57,905 nt of DNA from a virus (Duplodnaviria; Caudoviricetes), in the IMG/VR virus record IMGVR_UViG_3300013006_000040, positions 1 to 57,905 of that record; one strand, given 5' to 3'. Under the pieces are notes generated by a model, which saw nothing but the letters and a program-made list of their open reading frames with translations, searched no databases and had not been told where the DNA came from. The translations under genes were made by a program, and so were the position numbers. Below are positions 9,135-17,800 of the stretch, one piece after another. The stretch's first letter is position 1. Each line of letters opens with the position of its first letter.

Positions 9135-9371
9135 CTATAACACTCCTAGTTGTTTCTGAATAACGTGAACTATCTCTCTTCGCATACCTGAAGTCATTTC
9201 TGTGGATGCCCATGCAGGTAAATATTCACCTAAACGATTTGGATCTAATGGCTTAGGTATTACTTCTTTTACAAATTCCTCAAGCTGATCTAGTGTGAAT
9301 ACCCAGTCTGCAGGAGCATCTACCTTAGCACCAACCTTTGATGCTAATTTAACAATTTCTAATCTGTTCAT
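9135..9371 (-). CDS. Hypothetical protein, weakly similar to the FAELI family
   Basis: MNRLEIVKLASK...LEEFVKEV. Confidence 0.6.
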   Translation of the reverse strand: MNRLEIVKLASKVGAKVDAPADWVFTLDQLEEFVKEVIPKPLDPNRLGEYLPAWASTEMTSGMRREIVHVIQKQLGVL

Positions 9372-9679
9372 GCTAAGTCCTCATGTGCTACAACTGCGTA
9401 ATCAATCTTAGATGCCATGCCTGGTTTTGGTCTGTATACTTGCATCTCACCATCCCATTGATCTTCATCATATAAAGGATCGTCAGGTTGTAATGGTCTA
9501 AACTCAAGTATTTTATTTGTAAAGTGTGATCTTACAAAGAATGTACTTGGATAACGACTTCCCGTAGGCACTACACCTTTGAACGCTTCAACAGGTATAA
9601 ATAATTTCCTTGTCTTTGGAAAGTAACTGCACTTGTCCAATGGCACTGCCATTGCCACTGCCACTGCTGTATTAATCAT
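9368..9679 (-). CDS. Hypothetical protein
   Basis: ORF in operon, ATGA overlap. Confidence 0.65.
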   Translation of the reverse strand: MINTAVAVAMAVPLDKCSYFPKTRKLFIPVEAFKGVVPTGSRYPSTFFVRSHFTNKILEFRPLQPDDPLYDEDQWDGEMQVYRPKPGMASKIDYAVVAHEDLA

Positions 9680-9842
9680 TGGTAATTCCTGCTTCTTCTT
9701 TGATCTTTTCCCAACGAGCTTCTACAACATCCTCAACCATTTTCTCTGGTATGTTTAGCAAATTTGCAATCTCACCAATCATGAACTTGGTGTTGCTCAA
9801 CAAGTCATTAATCTCGATATCTAACTCAGACATTTTACCCAT
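9672..9842 (-). CDS. Small putative HTH-like protein
   Basis: Hand translation MGKMSELDIEINDLL...IGEIANLLNIPEKMVEDV; AAGGAG RBS. Confidence 0.55.
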   Translation of the reverse strand: MGKMSELDIEINDLLSNTKFMIGEIANLLNIPEKMVEDVVEARWEKIKEEAGITND

Positions 9843-9852
9843 ACTATACTCC

Positions 9853-10104
9853 TTAAACTAAATCAACTTGAACTTGATACTCTTTTACCTGCATCTTCTC
9901 ATCATATACACGATGTGTCGTTGCCAAACCATTACAAGGGATACCATTCTTCATGCGTTCAATCGCCAACCAAACTGCTACCCGCTGTTCAGTGAATGGC
10001 ATATTAACCATTTCTTTTACTGTAGTGAAAAACCCTACACCATTAAGAATCACTCTAAAGCGTTGATGATTGTTCACACCCGGAATAATCTGTTTCATTT
10101 TCAT
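9853..10104 (-). CDS. Hypothetical protein
   Basis: Track ORF 9853..10140; likely start at MKMKQII after AAAAGGA. Confidence 0.6.
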   Translation of the reverse strand: MKMKQIIPGVNNHQRFRVILNGVGFFTTVKEMVNMPFTEQRVAVWLAIERMKNGIPCNGLATTHRVYDEKMQVKEYQVQVDLV

Positions 10105-10105
10105 A

Positions 10106-10315
10106 TTAGTCCTTTTTAGGAAAGCGTGCTGTGGGGTCAACCAATGTCTTCATACCTGAATTTGATTTGCCTCGAGCTGAGATCGGTTTAGGATTTTTGC
10201 GTCCCTTGAGAACTTCTACACTTCCGCCATTAGCGAAAAACTTTGCTAGTGCGTCCTCTTGCATTTCTCGTGCTGTGTTTTTGGGGACTACTGGGAGATC
10301 TTTTACATCTTGCAT
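10106..10315 (-). CDS. Hypothetical early protein
   Basis: Follows the cassette RBS AAAAGGAAACAAA; AKFFANGGSVEVL motif. Confidence 0.75.
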   Translation of the reverse strand: MQDVKDLPVVPKNTAREMQEDALAKFFANGGSVEVLKGRKNPKPISARGKSNSGMKTLVDPTARFPKKD

Positions 10316-10342
10316 TTTGTTTCCTTTTCTTGCTATGTGCTT

Positions 10343-10398
10343 ATTATAACATCTAATGGAACATTACTCAAGCAATAACCATTAGAGTTAATGGGTTA
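10343..10398 (-). promoter_or_regulatory. Early promoter cassette
   Basis: TTGAGT (10371-10366), N17, TATAAT (10348-10343); hairpin AACCATTA-GAGT-TAATGGGTT. Confidence 0.8.
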
Positions 10399-10701
10399 CT
10401 GTGTATTTAATGTTGGTAAGCACTCACCTATGAGCTGACGCTCTAGGGAATGTGCTGCAACCTTGCCTCTCACTACAGCAATTTGCTGTGCTACGAACGA
10501 CTCTGGACCAAAAGAGCGAATTGCTTCGCACAATGTCCAGGACTTGCCTTCAGTCAATGCCCGTCGTACATGCTTTTGCACACGTATTTTAAGGTCACGC
10601 TGACGAAAACCCTGCGTAATGCCTATATAGAAATCACCTGTGACACAATTGGTCAGGCAATATACTATATGTTTACGATCAATTCTCTTTTTTCTTTTCA
10701 T
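10396..10701 (-). CDS. GIY-YIG nuclease domain protein
   Basis: IVYCLTN...FYIGIT, R..KH and a C-terminal E...LN pattern. Confidence 0.8.
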   Translation of the reverse strand: MKRKKRIDRKHIVYCLTNCVTGDFYIGITQGFRQRDLKIRVQKHVRRALTEGKSWTLCEAIRSFGPESFVAQQIAVVRGKVAAHSLERQLIGECLPTLNTQ

Positions 10702-10707
10702 GCCATA

Positions 10708-10792
10708 ATTATAACACCTTTTGGCAAACTGGTCAAGAATAACCCTTTAGAGAAAAGGGTTACTAACAGGTAATAAAAAGGTTTTACCTTTT
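10708..10792 (-). promoter_or_regulatory. Early promoter cassette with two hairpins (copy of 7977-8061)
   Basis: TTGACC (10736-10731), N17, TATAAT (10713-10708); AACCCTTT-N5-AAAGGGTT followed by an almost identical second hairpin. Confidence 0.88.
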
Positions 10793-11048
10793 AATCGTTG
10801 CTATCTTCATGCAATTTGTCCTGATAGAAACGCTTTTCCTGAATAGTTAATTCCTTGAAGAGTTTTCTTGGACTAGCACATAACATACATTTGGGATTAC
10901 CACAATCCATTGCATGATGCTTGTTGAACTTGTGTGGTTCTTTTACATCCATGCCATGAGCTTTAGCAATCTTTGTTTGCTTTTTGATATGGACTTCATC
11001 TTGATAAAGCCGTGAACTATGTTTTAGTTTGTCCTGCTCTGCGCTCAT
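10791..11048 (-). CDS. Conserved hypothetical protein with Cys/His motif
   Basis: KHHAMDCGNPKCMLCASPR...TIQEKR. Confidence 0.7.
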   Translation of the reverse strand: MSAEQDKLKHSSRLYQDEVHIKKQTKIAKAHGMDVKEPHKFNKHHAMDCGNPKCMLCASPRKLFKELTIQEKRFYQDKLHEDSND

Positions 11049-11277
11049 TATTACCACCTTTATCTAATTTAGGTTCTACCTTCGGTTCAGTTGTGTCTGG
11101 TTCTACAAACGATACAGTATAATTGCCCCATGGTTTAGCCCATTCAGCAAAGCCTGTTGTCTTCCAAAATCTATGGTAGATGTTATTTAAAAATAGTATA
11201 ACAACTCCTAATACACCTATGCCCAAACTCATTAATATAGTGCTTACCAAAAAAGTTCCTGACTGATCTATTGTCAT
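11017..11277 (-). CDS. Hypothetical membrane protein
   Basis: One transmembrane helix followed by NNIYHRFWK. Confidence 0.65.
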   Translation of the reverse strand: MTIDQSGTFLVSTILMSLGIGVLGVVILFLNNIYHRFWKTTGFAEWAKPWGNYTVSFVEPDTTEPKVEPKLDKGGNNERRAGQTKT

Positions 11278-11513
11278 ATTCTTTTCTTTCTATAAGATTG
11301 TTTCTCTTCTACGCCTATTGTCATTTTCTCATAATCCTTTTTGGTAATCTCCCTGAAGGAGTGTTCTTTCACCATCTCTAATGACTTTTCAAATTCTAAT
11401 AATGAATGTAGGTTGTAACCCCTTGCAGGTACTTTAAACTTAAAGCCATCATCAAGCATCACGCTTATTTGATAATAGCCATCTCTACTTATCTTTTTAT
11501 TTGTAACTGTCAT
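11274..11513 (-). CDS. Hypothetical protein
   Basis: ATGA-coupled ORF. Confidence 0.6.
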   Translation of the reverse strand: MTVTNKKISRDGYYQISVMLDDGFKFKVPARGYNLHSLLEFEKSLEMVKEHSFREITKKDYEKMTIGVEEKQSYRKKRI

Positions 11514-11719
11514 AACTTCATTAGTTTCATTTCCAATGATTCGAATTGTTTCAGGAGTTTATCCTGCTCATGCCTTGGCATATTAGTCATAATCTCTGTA
11601 AGTATAATTTGGTATGCACCTGCAGCATAGCCAGCATCGCCATGTGCAGCAACACTGGTCTGATAGAATCTATTCAAAGCAGTGTTTATATCTATTTTGG
11701 GTATTTGGGGTAGTATCAT
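11510..11719 (-). CDS. Hypothetical protein
   Basis: ATGA-coupled ORF; GYAAGAY motif. Confidence 0.6.
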   Translation of the reverse strand: MILPQIPKIDINTALNRFYQTSVAAHGDAGYAAGAYQIILTEIMTNMPRHEQDKLLKQFESLEMKLMKL

Positions 11720-11958
11720 AGCATGAACTGTTTAAGTACTGCCTTGGCCTGCGGGAACCTTTTTGTGTTTTCCCATTGGGCATCTGCAACCTCAAGTATA
11801 ATCAAGCGCTGCAATGTATCTACAGTATTTTGATCATCCTTGTCCAATGTTTCATACCAATCAAAGAACTCATCTACGCTATCAAGAGACCACATTATAT
11901 CGAGCATTTCGACTTGCTCATAGGTTAAACCGCTTAGTTTGATATCTCGGGGATTCAT
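11716..11958 (-). CDS. Conserved hypothetical early protein
   Basis: GLTYEQVEMLDIMWSLDS...AKAVLKQF; lies behind a promoter and RBS. Confidence 0.75.
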   Translation of the reverse strand: MNPRDIKLSGLTYEQVEMLDIMWSLDSVDEFFDWYETLDKDDQNTVDTLQRLIILEVADAQWENTKRFPQAKAVLKQFML

Positions 11959-11985
11959 AGGATTTCCTTTGGTTGCTATGCTTAT

Positions 11986-12014
11986 ATTATATAGTCTTTT
12001 GTATTAGTTGTCAA
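11986..12014 (-). promoter_or_regulatory. Early sigma70 promoter
   Basis: TTGACA (12014-12009), N17, TATAAT (11991-11986). Confidence 0.88.
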
Positions 12015-12316
12015 GTCTGTTATACTGAGGGATTACAAGGGGGACAAAGGGTAGTTTTTCGTTTATGAGCATCTTATCCTCTTTGAACACTTTATTTGTA
12101 GTCCAATAACTAAGGTGTGTGACAATGTTGCTTGAGGCTACTACACACAATGCATCTATGGACTGTTCTGCATCTATCATAATAGATTATTTGCTGATAG
12201 AAATCTGTATAGTTTTACATAATAAGAAAATGATGCAGGAAACACTTCGGGATCAGGTATTTTATCACCCCAGCGTTCCTGCATCTTAATGTATGTCTCA
12301 ACTATTTCCTGATCTG

Positions 12317-13261
12317 TCATACATCTACATACTTTAAAGTAAAGTTATCAGCACGATCCTCGTAACCATCATAACCTCTTGGATTACAGACAATACGAGT
12401 AGAACCTAGCATATAATCAAAATCCTCATGGGTGTGTCCGTGAGTCCACAACTTGATCTGAGGATTATCTAATATGAATGCAGATAGATCTGAACTATAG
12501 CCACCGTTCATGATTTCCTCATTTTTATAACGAGGATGAGTCGATAGCTTAGATGGTGCATGATGTCCGACAACTACAAATTTTTCAGTATGTTTACCTT
12601 CAAGCATAACCGTTAGGTAAGCAAGCATTTTCTTGTGGTCATCAAAGGCATCCTGTGGTGAAAATGTAGAAACATCTTCTTTTCTTTTCTCACCTATTTG
12701 TATAAACTGACCCGCTTCGTTAGTTGCATATCTTAGACCGTTCTTACCATCGGGTGTCCAATCAGGATTTGGCTCATAGATAGGAACCATACGTTGAACC
12801 ATTCTATTAGAGTTTTTAACACATCTAAAATCGTTCATCATGGTTCGCAACTGATATAACGTAAGTTCGTCACCATTGTTCATATCAGTCCACAGAGTGC
12901 CACCGATGAATGTGGTGTCATCAATAACTTTAGTCTCCTTGTCAAGCAAGTATACGTTGCTTAGCATGTTGGACTCAAGCATTGATTGCAGTTTGTTTTT
13001 GGATTCGGCAAAGTCACCGTTGTAATGCTCATGGTTACCCATGATGAGAATTACATGTGGAAATTGAAATGAACAACGCTTAAAGAAATCAACAATACGA
13101 TTACTGCGAGCACCTTCAAAGATGTTGCCATTGTCTGGCCTGCCAATGTCGGCAGCAACGCAGATGTCACCGCCTAGAATTAATACATCAGCGTTGTCTG
13201 TGTTCTGTAAATTGATATCACCAAACTCAAGGTGAATATCTGAGCAAATTGCTACTCTCAT
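12317..13261 (-). CDS. Calcineurin-like metallophosphoesterase
   Basis: SDIHLE, GGDI, GNHE, HHAP and HGHTH motifs. Confidence 0.92.
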   Translation of the reverse strand: MRVAICSDIHLEFGDINLQNTDNADVLILGGDICVAADIGRPDNGNIFEGARSNRIVDFFKRCSFQFPHVILIMGNHEHYNGDFAESKNKLQSMLESNMLSNVYLLDKETKVIDDTTFIGGTLWTDMNNGDELTLYQLRTMMNDFRCVKNSNRMVQRMVPIYEPNPDWTPDGKNGLRYATNEAGQFIQIGEKRKEDVSTFSPQDAFDDHKKMLAYLTVMLEGKHTEKFVVVGHHAPSKLSTHPRYKNEEIMNGGYSSDLSAFILDNPQIKLWTHGHTHEDFDYMLGSTRIVCNPRGYDGYEDRADNFTLKYVDV

Positions 13262-13283
13262 ACCTTTTCCTTATTAATCCATT

Positions 13284-13312
13284 ATTATAACAGATTTTAG
13301 GTTCCGTGTCAA
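13284..13312 (-). promoter_or_regulatory. Early sigma70 promoter
   Basis: TTGACA (13312-13307), N17, TATAAT (13289-13284). Confidence 0.88.
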
Positions 13313-13315
13313 GTC

Positions 13316-13621
13316 TTATTTGAACAGTATCAAAGCCATTAAAACCGCTTGTCCCATGAAGCCTACACCAATAGTAATTATATTAAGCGCATCTTTAAGT
13401 ACAACTGACCTGATAAACATCAAAACTAATCCTGCCCACATCATCAACACCACATCAAGACTGGGTGTTTTATCACTTAGTCCTGTTAGTAACGCCAGTA
13501 ATGATGGCAGCGTGGCACAATGTATCATTATCACCGCCAGCCAACCCATGGTGTCAGCAGATATCTTATATAGATGCTCGTTTAGAAAATTTCTAACAGC
13601 ATTTGCATTAAAGAATGTCAT
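13316..13621 (-). CDS. Small multi-pass membrane protein
   Basis: About 3 hydrophobic segments; coupled to the upstream hydrolase gene. Confidence 0.75.
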   Translation of the reverse strand: MTFFNANAVRNFLNEHLYKISADTMGWLAVIMIHCATLPSLLALLTGLSDKTPSLDVVLMMWAGLVLMFIRSVVLKDALNIITIGVGFMGQAVLMALILFK

Positions 13622-14196
13622 ACTCTATCTCCGTAAAATATATGTCTACCGATCTTTTCTATCTTTGGCATTTTCCAATTTGGTTGCACATAATCTGCAT
13701 GATAATATAGTGCATTCTTTAGTGAAGGTAATCTAAAATTCTCTAATAAGACTTTTCTAGCTACCAATTCACTTTCTTCCCATAGGGGTTTGTGTATTGG
13801 TCTAATCTTATGAGTGTTTTCGCAGTACCAACTAAATTGGCAAATAACCTTTTGATAAACGACATTCTTTTGGTAAACAACTTCACATACTGAATCTGCA
13901 AACTTTCCGGAATTCATTCTGTTTATAGTTACTTGTGCCACACCCACTTTGCCTTCGAATGGCTCAGATGCAGCTTCCCAATAAATGTTTCTGGTTAGGC
14001 AATCTAACTCTTTCATTCTTGTGGAAGCAGTAACGTATCCGTTTGGCAATGATGCCTGAGCTTCTTTGAGATTGTTTAATTTGGTTTTGCAGGCAAATAC
14101 TACTGCACTTGCTATAACTACAAAACCTATTACCTTTAAGACTTTCGCTGTCAAATCAACAATGGTTGCACTGTTGGTTTTTAAACTAATATCCAT
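13618..14196 (-). CDS. SleB-like cell wall hydrolase (Hydrolase_2 family)
   Basis: CLTRNIYWEA...VAQVTINR...CQFSW...ALYYHADYV-x-P-x-W...IGRHIFY; N-terminal transmembrane segment. Confidence 0.92.
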   Translation of the reverse strand: MDISLKTNSATIVDLTAKVLKVIGFVVIASAVVFACKTKLNNLKEAQASLPNGYVTASTRMKELDCLTRNIYWEAASEPFEGKVGVAQVTINRMNSGKFADSVCEVVYQKNVVYQKVICQFSWYCENTHKIRPIHKPLWEESELVARKVLLENFRLPSLKNALYYHADYVQPNWKMPKIEKIGRHIFYGDRV

Positions 14197-14286
14197 TTTT
14201 TCTCCTATTTGGATCCCCTCTCAAAAACTGAGACAAAGAGTGCATAGGGCACTATTTTTCTGAGGGATTTATTTGGTCACAGGATA

Positions 14287-14340
14287 ATTATATATGACTT
14301 GACTAGGTTTGTCAAGCGACCCGGACAACTGATCCGGGTC
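14287..14340 (-). promoter_or_regulatory. sigma70 promoter with upstream GC-rich hairpin
   Basis: TTGACA (14315-14310), N17, TATAAT (14292-14287); GACCCGGA-N7-TCCGGGTC at 14318-14340, which may also terminate the late operon. Confidence 0.85.
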
Positions 14341-14357
14341 TCCGCTAATCCGTAAGA

Positions 14358-14753
14358 TTAAGCTTGGGTTTCTAATTTTGGCACGGTAACGGCCTTCCAA
14401 TTTACAACAGATTCGTCCCACTCATAGAATGTTCCTTCTGCCTCTGTCGTTGGCATAACTGCTGCAGGTTGATCTACAGGTGCCTTCCAATAGCATGTGG
14501 CTTCATCCAAAGTCCAGCTTGGGTAAGGTTGAGGTGCATAGAATGCATCTCTGCCCGCATCATATACATATCCAATACCTGCATAGTTCTTACGCAATGG
14601 AGTTCCACCGTTGCGATGTGTTCCACCCTGAGTATTGTAACTTGTTTGAACCCAAGTGCTAGGATCTCCTACAGCACCAGTGTCGATAAAATCTTGTTCA
14701 GCAACGATAACTTGTGTTACTGTTCCGTTTTCTACTTTAGCAAAATGTCCCAT
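14358..14753 (-). CDS. Conserved phage protein adjoining Gly-rich fibre genes; possible assembly chaperone
   Basis: MGHFAKV...WVQTSYNT...RKNYAGIGY-x-YD...DAF-x-APQPYPSW-x-LDE; function inferred from position. Confidence 0.75.
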   Translation of the reverse strand: MGHFAKVENGTVTQVIVAEQDFIDTGAVGDPSTWVQTSYNTQGGTHRNGGTPLRKNYAGIGYVYDAGRDAFYAPQPYPSWTLDEATCYWKAPVDQPAAVMPTTEAEGTFYEWDESVVNWKAVTVPKLETQA

Positions 14754-14802
14754 TTTTTCTCCTTAATTTACTTACCATTACAAGGTAATTGCTATATTAA
14801 TT

Positions 14803-14810
14803 TATTTATA
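14803..14810 (-). promoter_or_regulatory. T4-type late promoter
   Basis: TATAAATA in the intergenic region upstream of 14753. Confidence 0.75.
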
Positions 14811-14837
14811 TGTCTAGTATGTTTAAAGTTTACCAAT

Positions 14838-17800
14838 TTAGAATGTAATATTTCCAGATGCATAGAATGCATGTATGTTATTACCTCCTACGGTTGTAAC
14901 AAGTACATTGGATCCTGTATTGGATGCCAGGATAAACGCAGTAGGATATGATATTATAACTACCCCTGAGCCTCCGGATGCTCCTCCCGATGGATAAGAA
15001 TTACCACCACCTCCGCCACCTCCGCCACGATTAGTCAATCCAGCGGAACCTTGAGATGTAGGTATTCCGGCAAAAGGTGGCGCAGTTGGTCCTATTCCAC
15101 CATTGCCTCCACCACCCGAACCTCCCAACGGAACTGTGGCGCTACCATAATTACCTCCACCTCCACCGCCAGCATAATATGTAGATGTGCCTGCGATGTT
15201 TGAATCAAATCCTATTCCACCTGGACCTCCTTGTGTTGGCGAGGCAGCACCTCCAACATTACCAGCTCCACCTCCACCCCCACCATTGCGCAAAGAGCCT
15301 CCATCCGTAAGTCCGTTTCCACCAGGATATCCTTGTCTCACTGGACTAGTTATACCTGAACCGCCAGTATGATTAGTACTACCCGCGGATCCACCACCGC
15401 CTCCCGATCCGCCAGGTGAAGCTATCGGAGAAGGTCCAGGTCCAGTTTCACCCGAAGCGCCACCGCCACCTGTTGCAGTTAAAGTAAGTGCAGTTGATGG
15501 TGTACCGTTTGCTGTTTGTGTAGCACCGCCTGCGCCTACTGTAATAGTATAAGGTGAACCAGGTGTAACAGATATTGTGCCACTCAATAATCCTCCAGCG
15601 CCGCCGCCACCTCCGCCGTTTCCGCCGCCACCCGCGCCGCCACCTGCAACTATTAAGTAATTGACAGTTGTAGCTCGAGTTGGAACCACTGTCGCTGTTA
15701 CATTAGGTGCTGCTACTATAGAAACAGTGGTTGTTGTGCTTGTGCTGGATGAAAACAAAACAAGATAACCTAGATAAGTATTTGCTCTGTCTGGTGTAAA
15801 CGGTGCAGTATATCTACATACACCATTAGTTACTCTGATATTTTCAAGATATCCGTCAAATCCTGTTCCTGCTCCATTAGTCTGATTTCCTATTATTAGA
15901 GGACGTGAGTTATCGCTTACAACTGTTATATTTTGAAATGTCATTGACGCAATATTACCATTGACCCATGTAGTCAAAACATTTGCAATATTTCTCGTAT
16001 GCGCAACATGATTCCATGCATTGCCTATTAATCCAACATTTCCTAAAATATCTTGCGTAGTCGATGCCCCTGTTGCATCACCTATTTGGAATCTTACATT
16101 CCCGTCAGTGGCAATCTTAGATGCCCAAACAGGATATCCAGAACCAGATAAGGCACTCTTTTGTATAACATATGCATTTACATTTAACCCGGCAAATGCA
16201 GTAGGGTATATCCAATAATCTACAGTAAAAGGAACCGTATCTTCGGTAAAATCATACTTAGGATCATGGGGAACTGTTATCTGTGTAGTGCCTGCTTTTA
16301 CAAATGGACCTATTGCTTTATTAAATTTTGGCGTAATGTTACTGGTAAATCCCACGTTTGCCGTTTCAAAATTGCCTTGACCAGCATAATCTATTACACC
16401 TCCAGATGTAAAGTTTAATAATAGATTTGTATTTGTAGAAAGTACTTCAGGAACATAAGTACCGAACGGACTATATGGTGATCCTGCAATAGTACCAGTA
16501 TTTGTAAAAGTAATACCTCGACCACTATTATCTACATTCGAACCCTGCAATGTAAGTAAACTTGTGACATTAGCTAATCCTGTAAAGATTGTAGGTGTCA
16601 ATGGTGTAGTAATAGGCGTGAAAGCTGAGGTATATAAAGCAAGACCTTTAGTTATCCTTAAATTAGTAATGTAACCATTAAAATACCCATCACTAAAAGA
16701 TTTATTATCTCCAACCTGACCGATAATTATGTCTTGAACACCTGTTCCATAATTATTGGTGTCAACGTATGTTGTTGAATTAGGTACACCACCTACATAT
16801 AATCTAGTATTTGCGTTATATCTAACCAATGCAACATGGTACCAAACATTACCGCGCAATCCAGAAGTCGTTATTCTATTTCCTCCACCTTGAGAAAAAC
16901 GTATGGAATCCACTCCTGCAAATTGTAAACTTGGTTTTACTTGATTCGAAACTCCTGTTTGTCTAAAATCTACAATCGTTGAATCCGAATTTTTCCATGC
17001 TGTTCTATTTACCCAGCATTCTATTGTAAAATCACCTGTTCCTAGACCAAATACATTACTTGAAGATGAAACTAGATAAGATCCACCGTTGAAGTAAACA
17101 CTATTTGAAGTATTTGCTGTTGGCCGTGTATCTATAACAGATGCGTTTGCTGTAAAAGGAATTCGGGTGGGGGTATTACCTCCCACAGTATATACTGCTT
17201 GTTTTGCCAAACGGAAACCTGAGATATAACCATAGAATGGACTAGATGCGCTGGAATCACCCGCTAATGTAAATCCACCGTTACCTATATTACCTAAAAA
17301 GACATTTGAAGTTGTACTAATATTACCGTTTAAAATTGCAGATATTGTATTATTTGAACGAACAAATGCAACGTGTGACCACGTATTACCTATAACATTT
17401 GCCCCTACATAGTATGTTGCTGTATTACCTTGCTTGCTACTAACTATTTGCCCATTAATAATAGATGCCAGATATCTATCTGGATTTTCAGAACCTAAAC
17501 AGAATAAAGAATATGTCCCCGATAAACTCCTAGGATATACCCATGCCTCGGCAGTAAAATCTCCAGTAAAAGTATATGCAGCATTTGATGTACCACTTAA
17601 ATCTCGTATGTAATCGCCAGATCCATCAAAGTATGCAGAACCACCATTAACATTAGCTAAATAAGAATTGTTAAGAGTATTTGGTCTATTAGGTGAGAAT
17701 GTACCCATTGTCACATTACCAAATTTTATTAGATTAGCTCTGTATTGACTCTCATCATATACAGTAGCATTTCTATTATTAAAATTACCATTATATTGTA

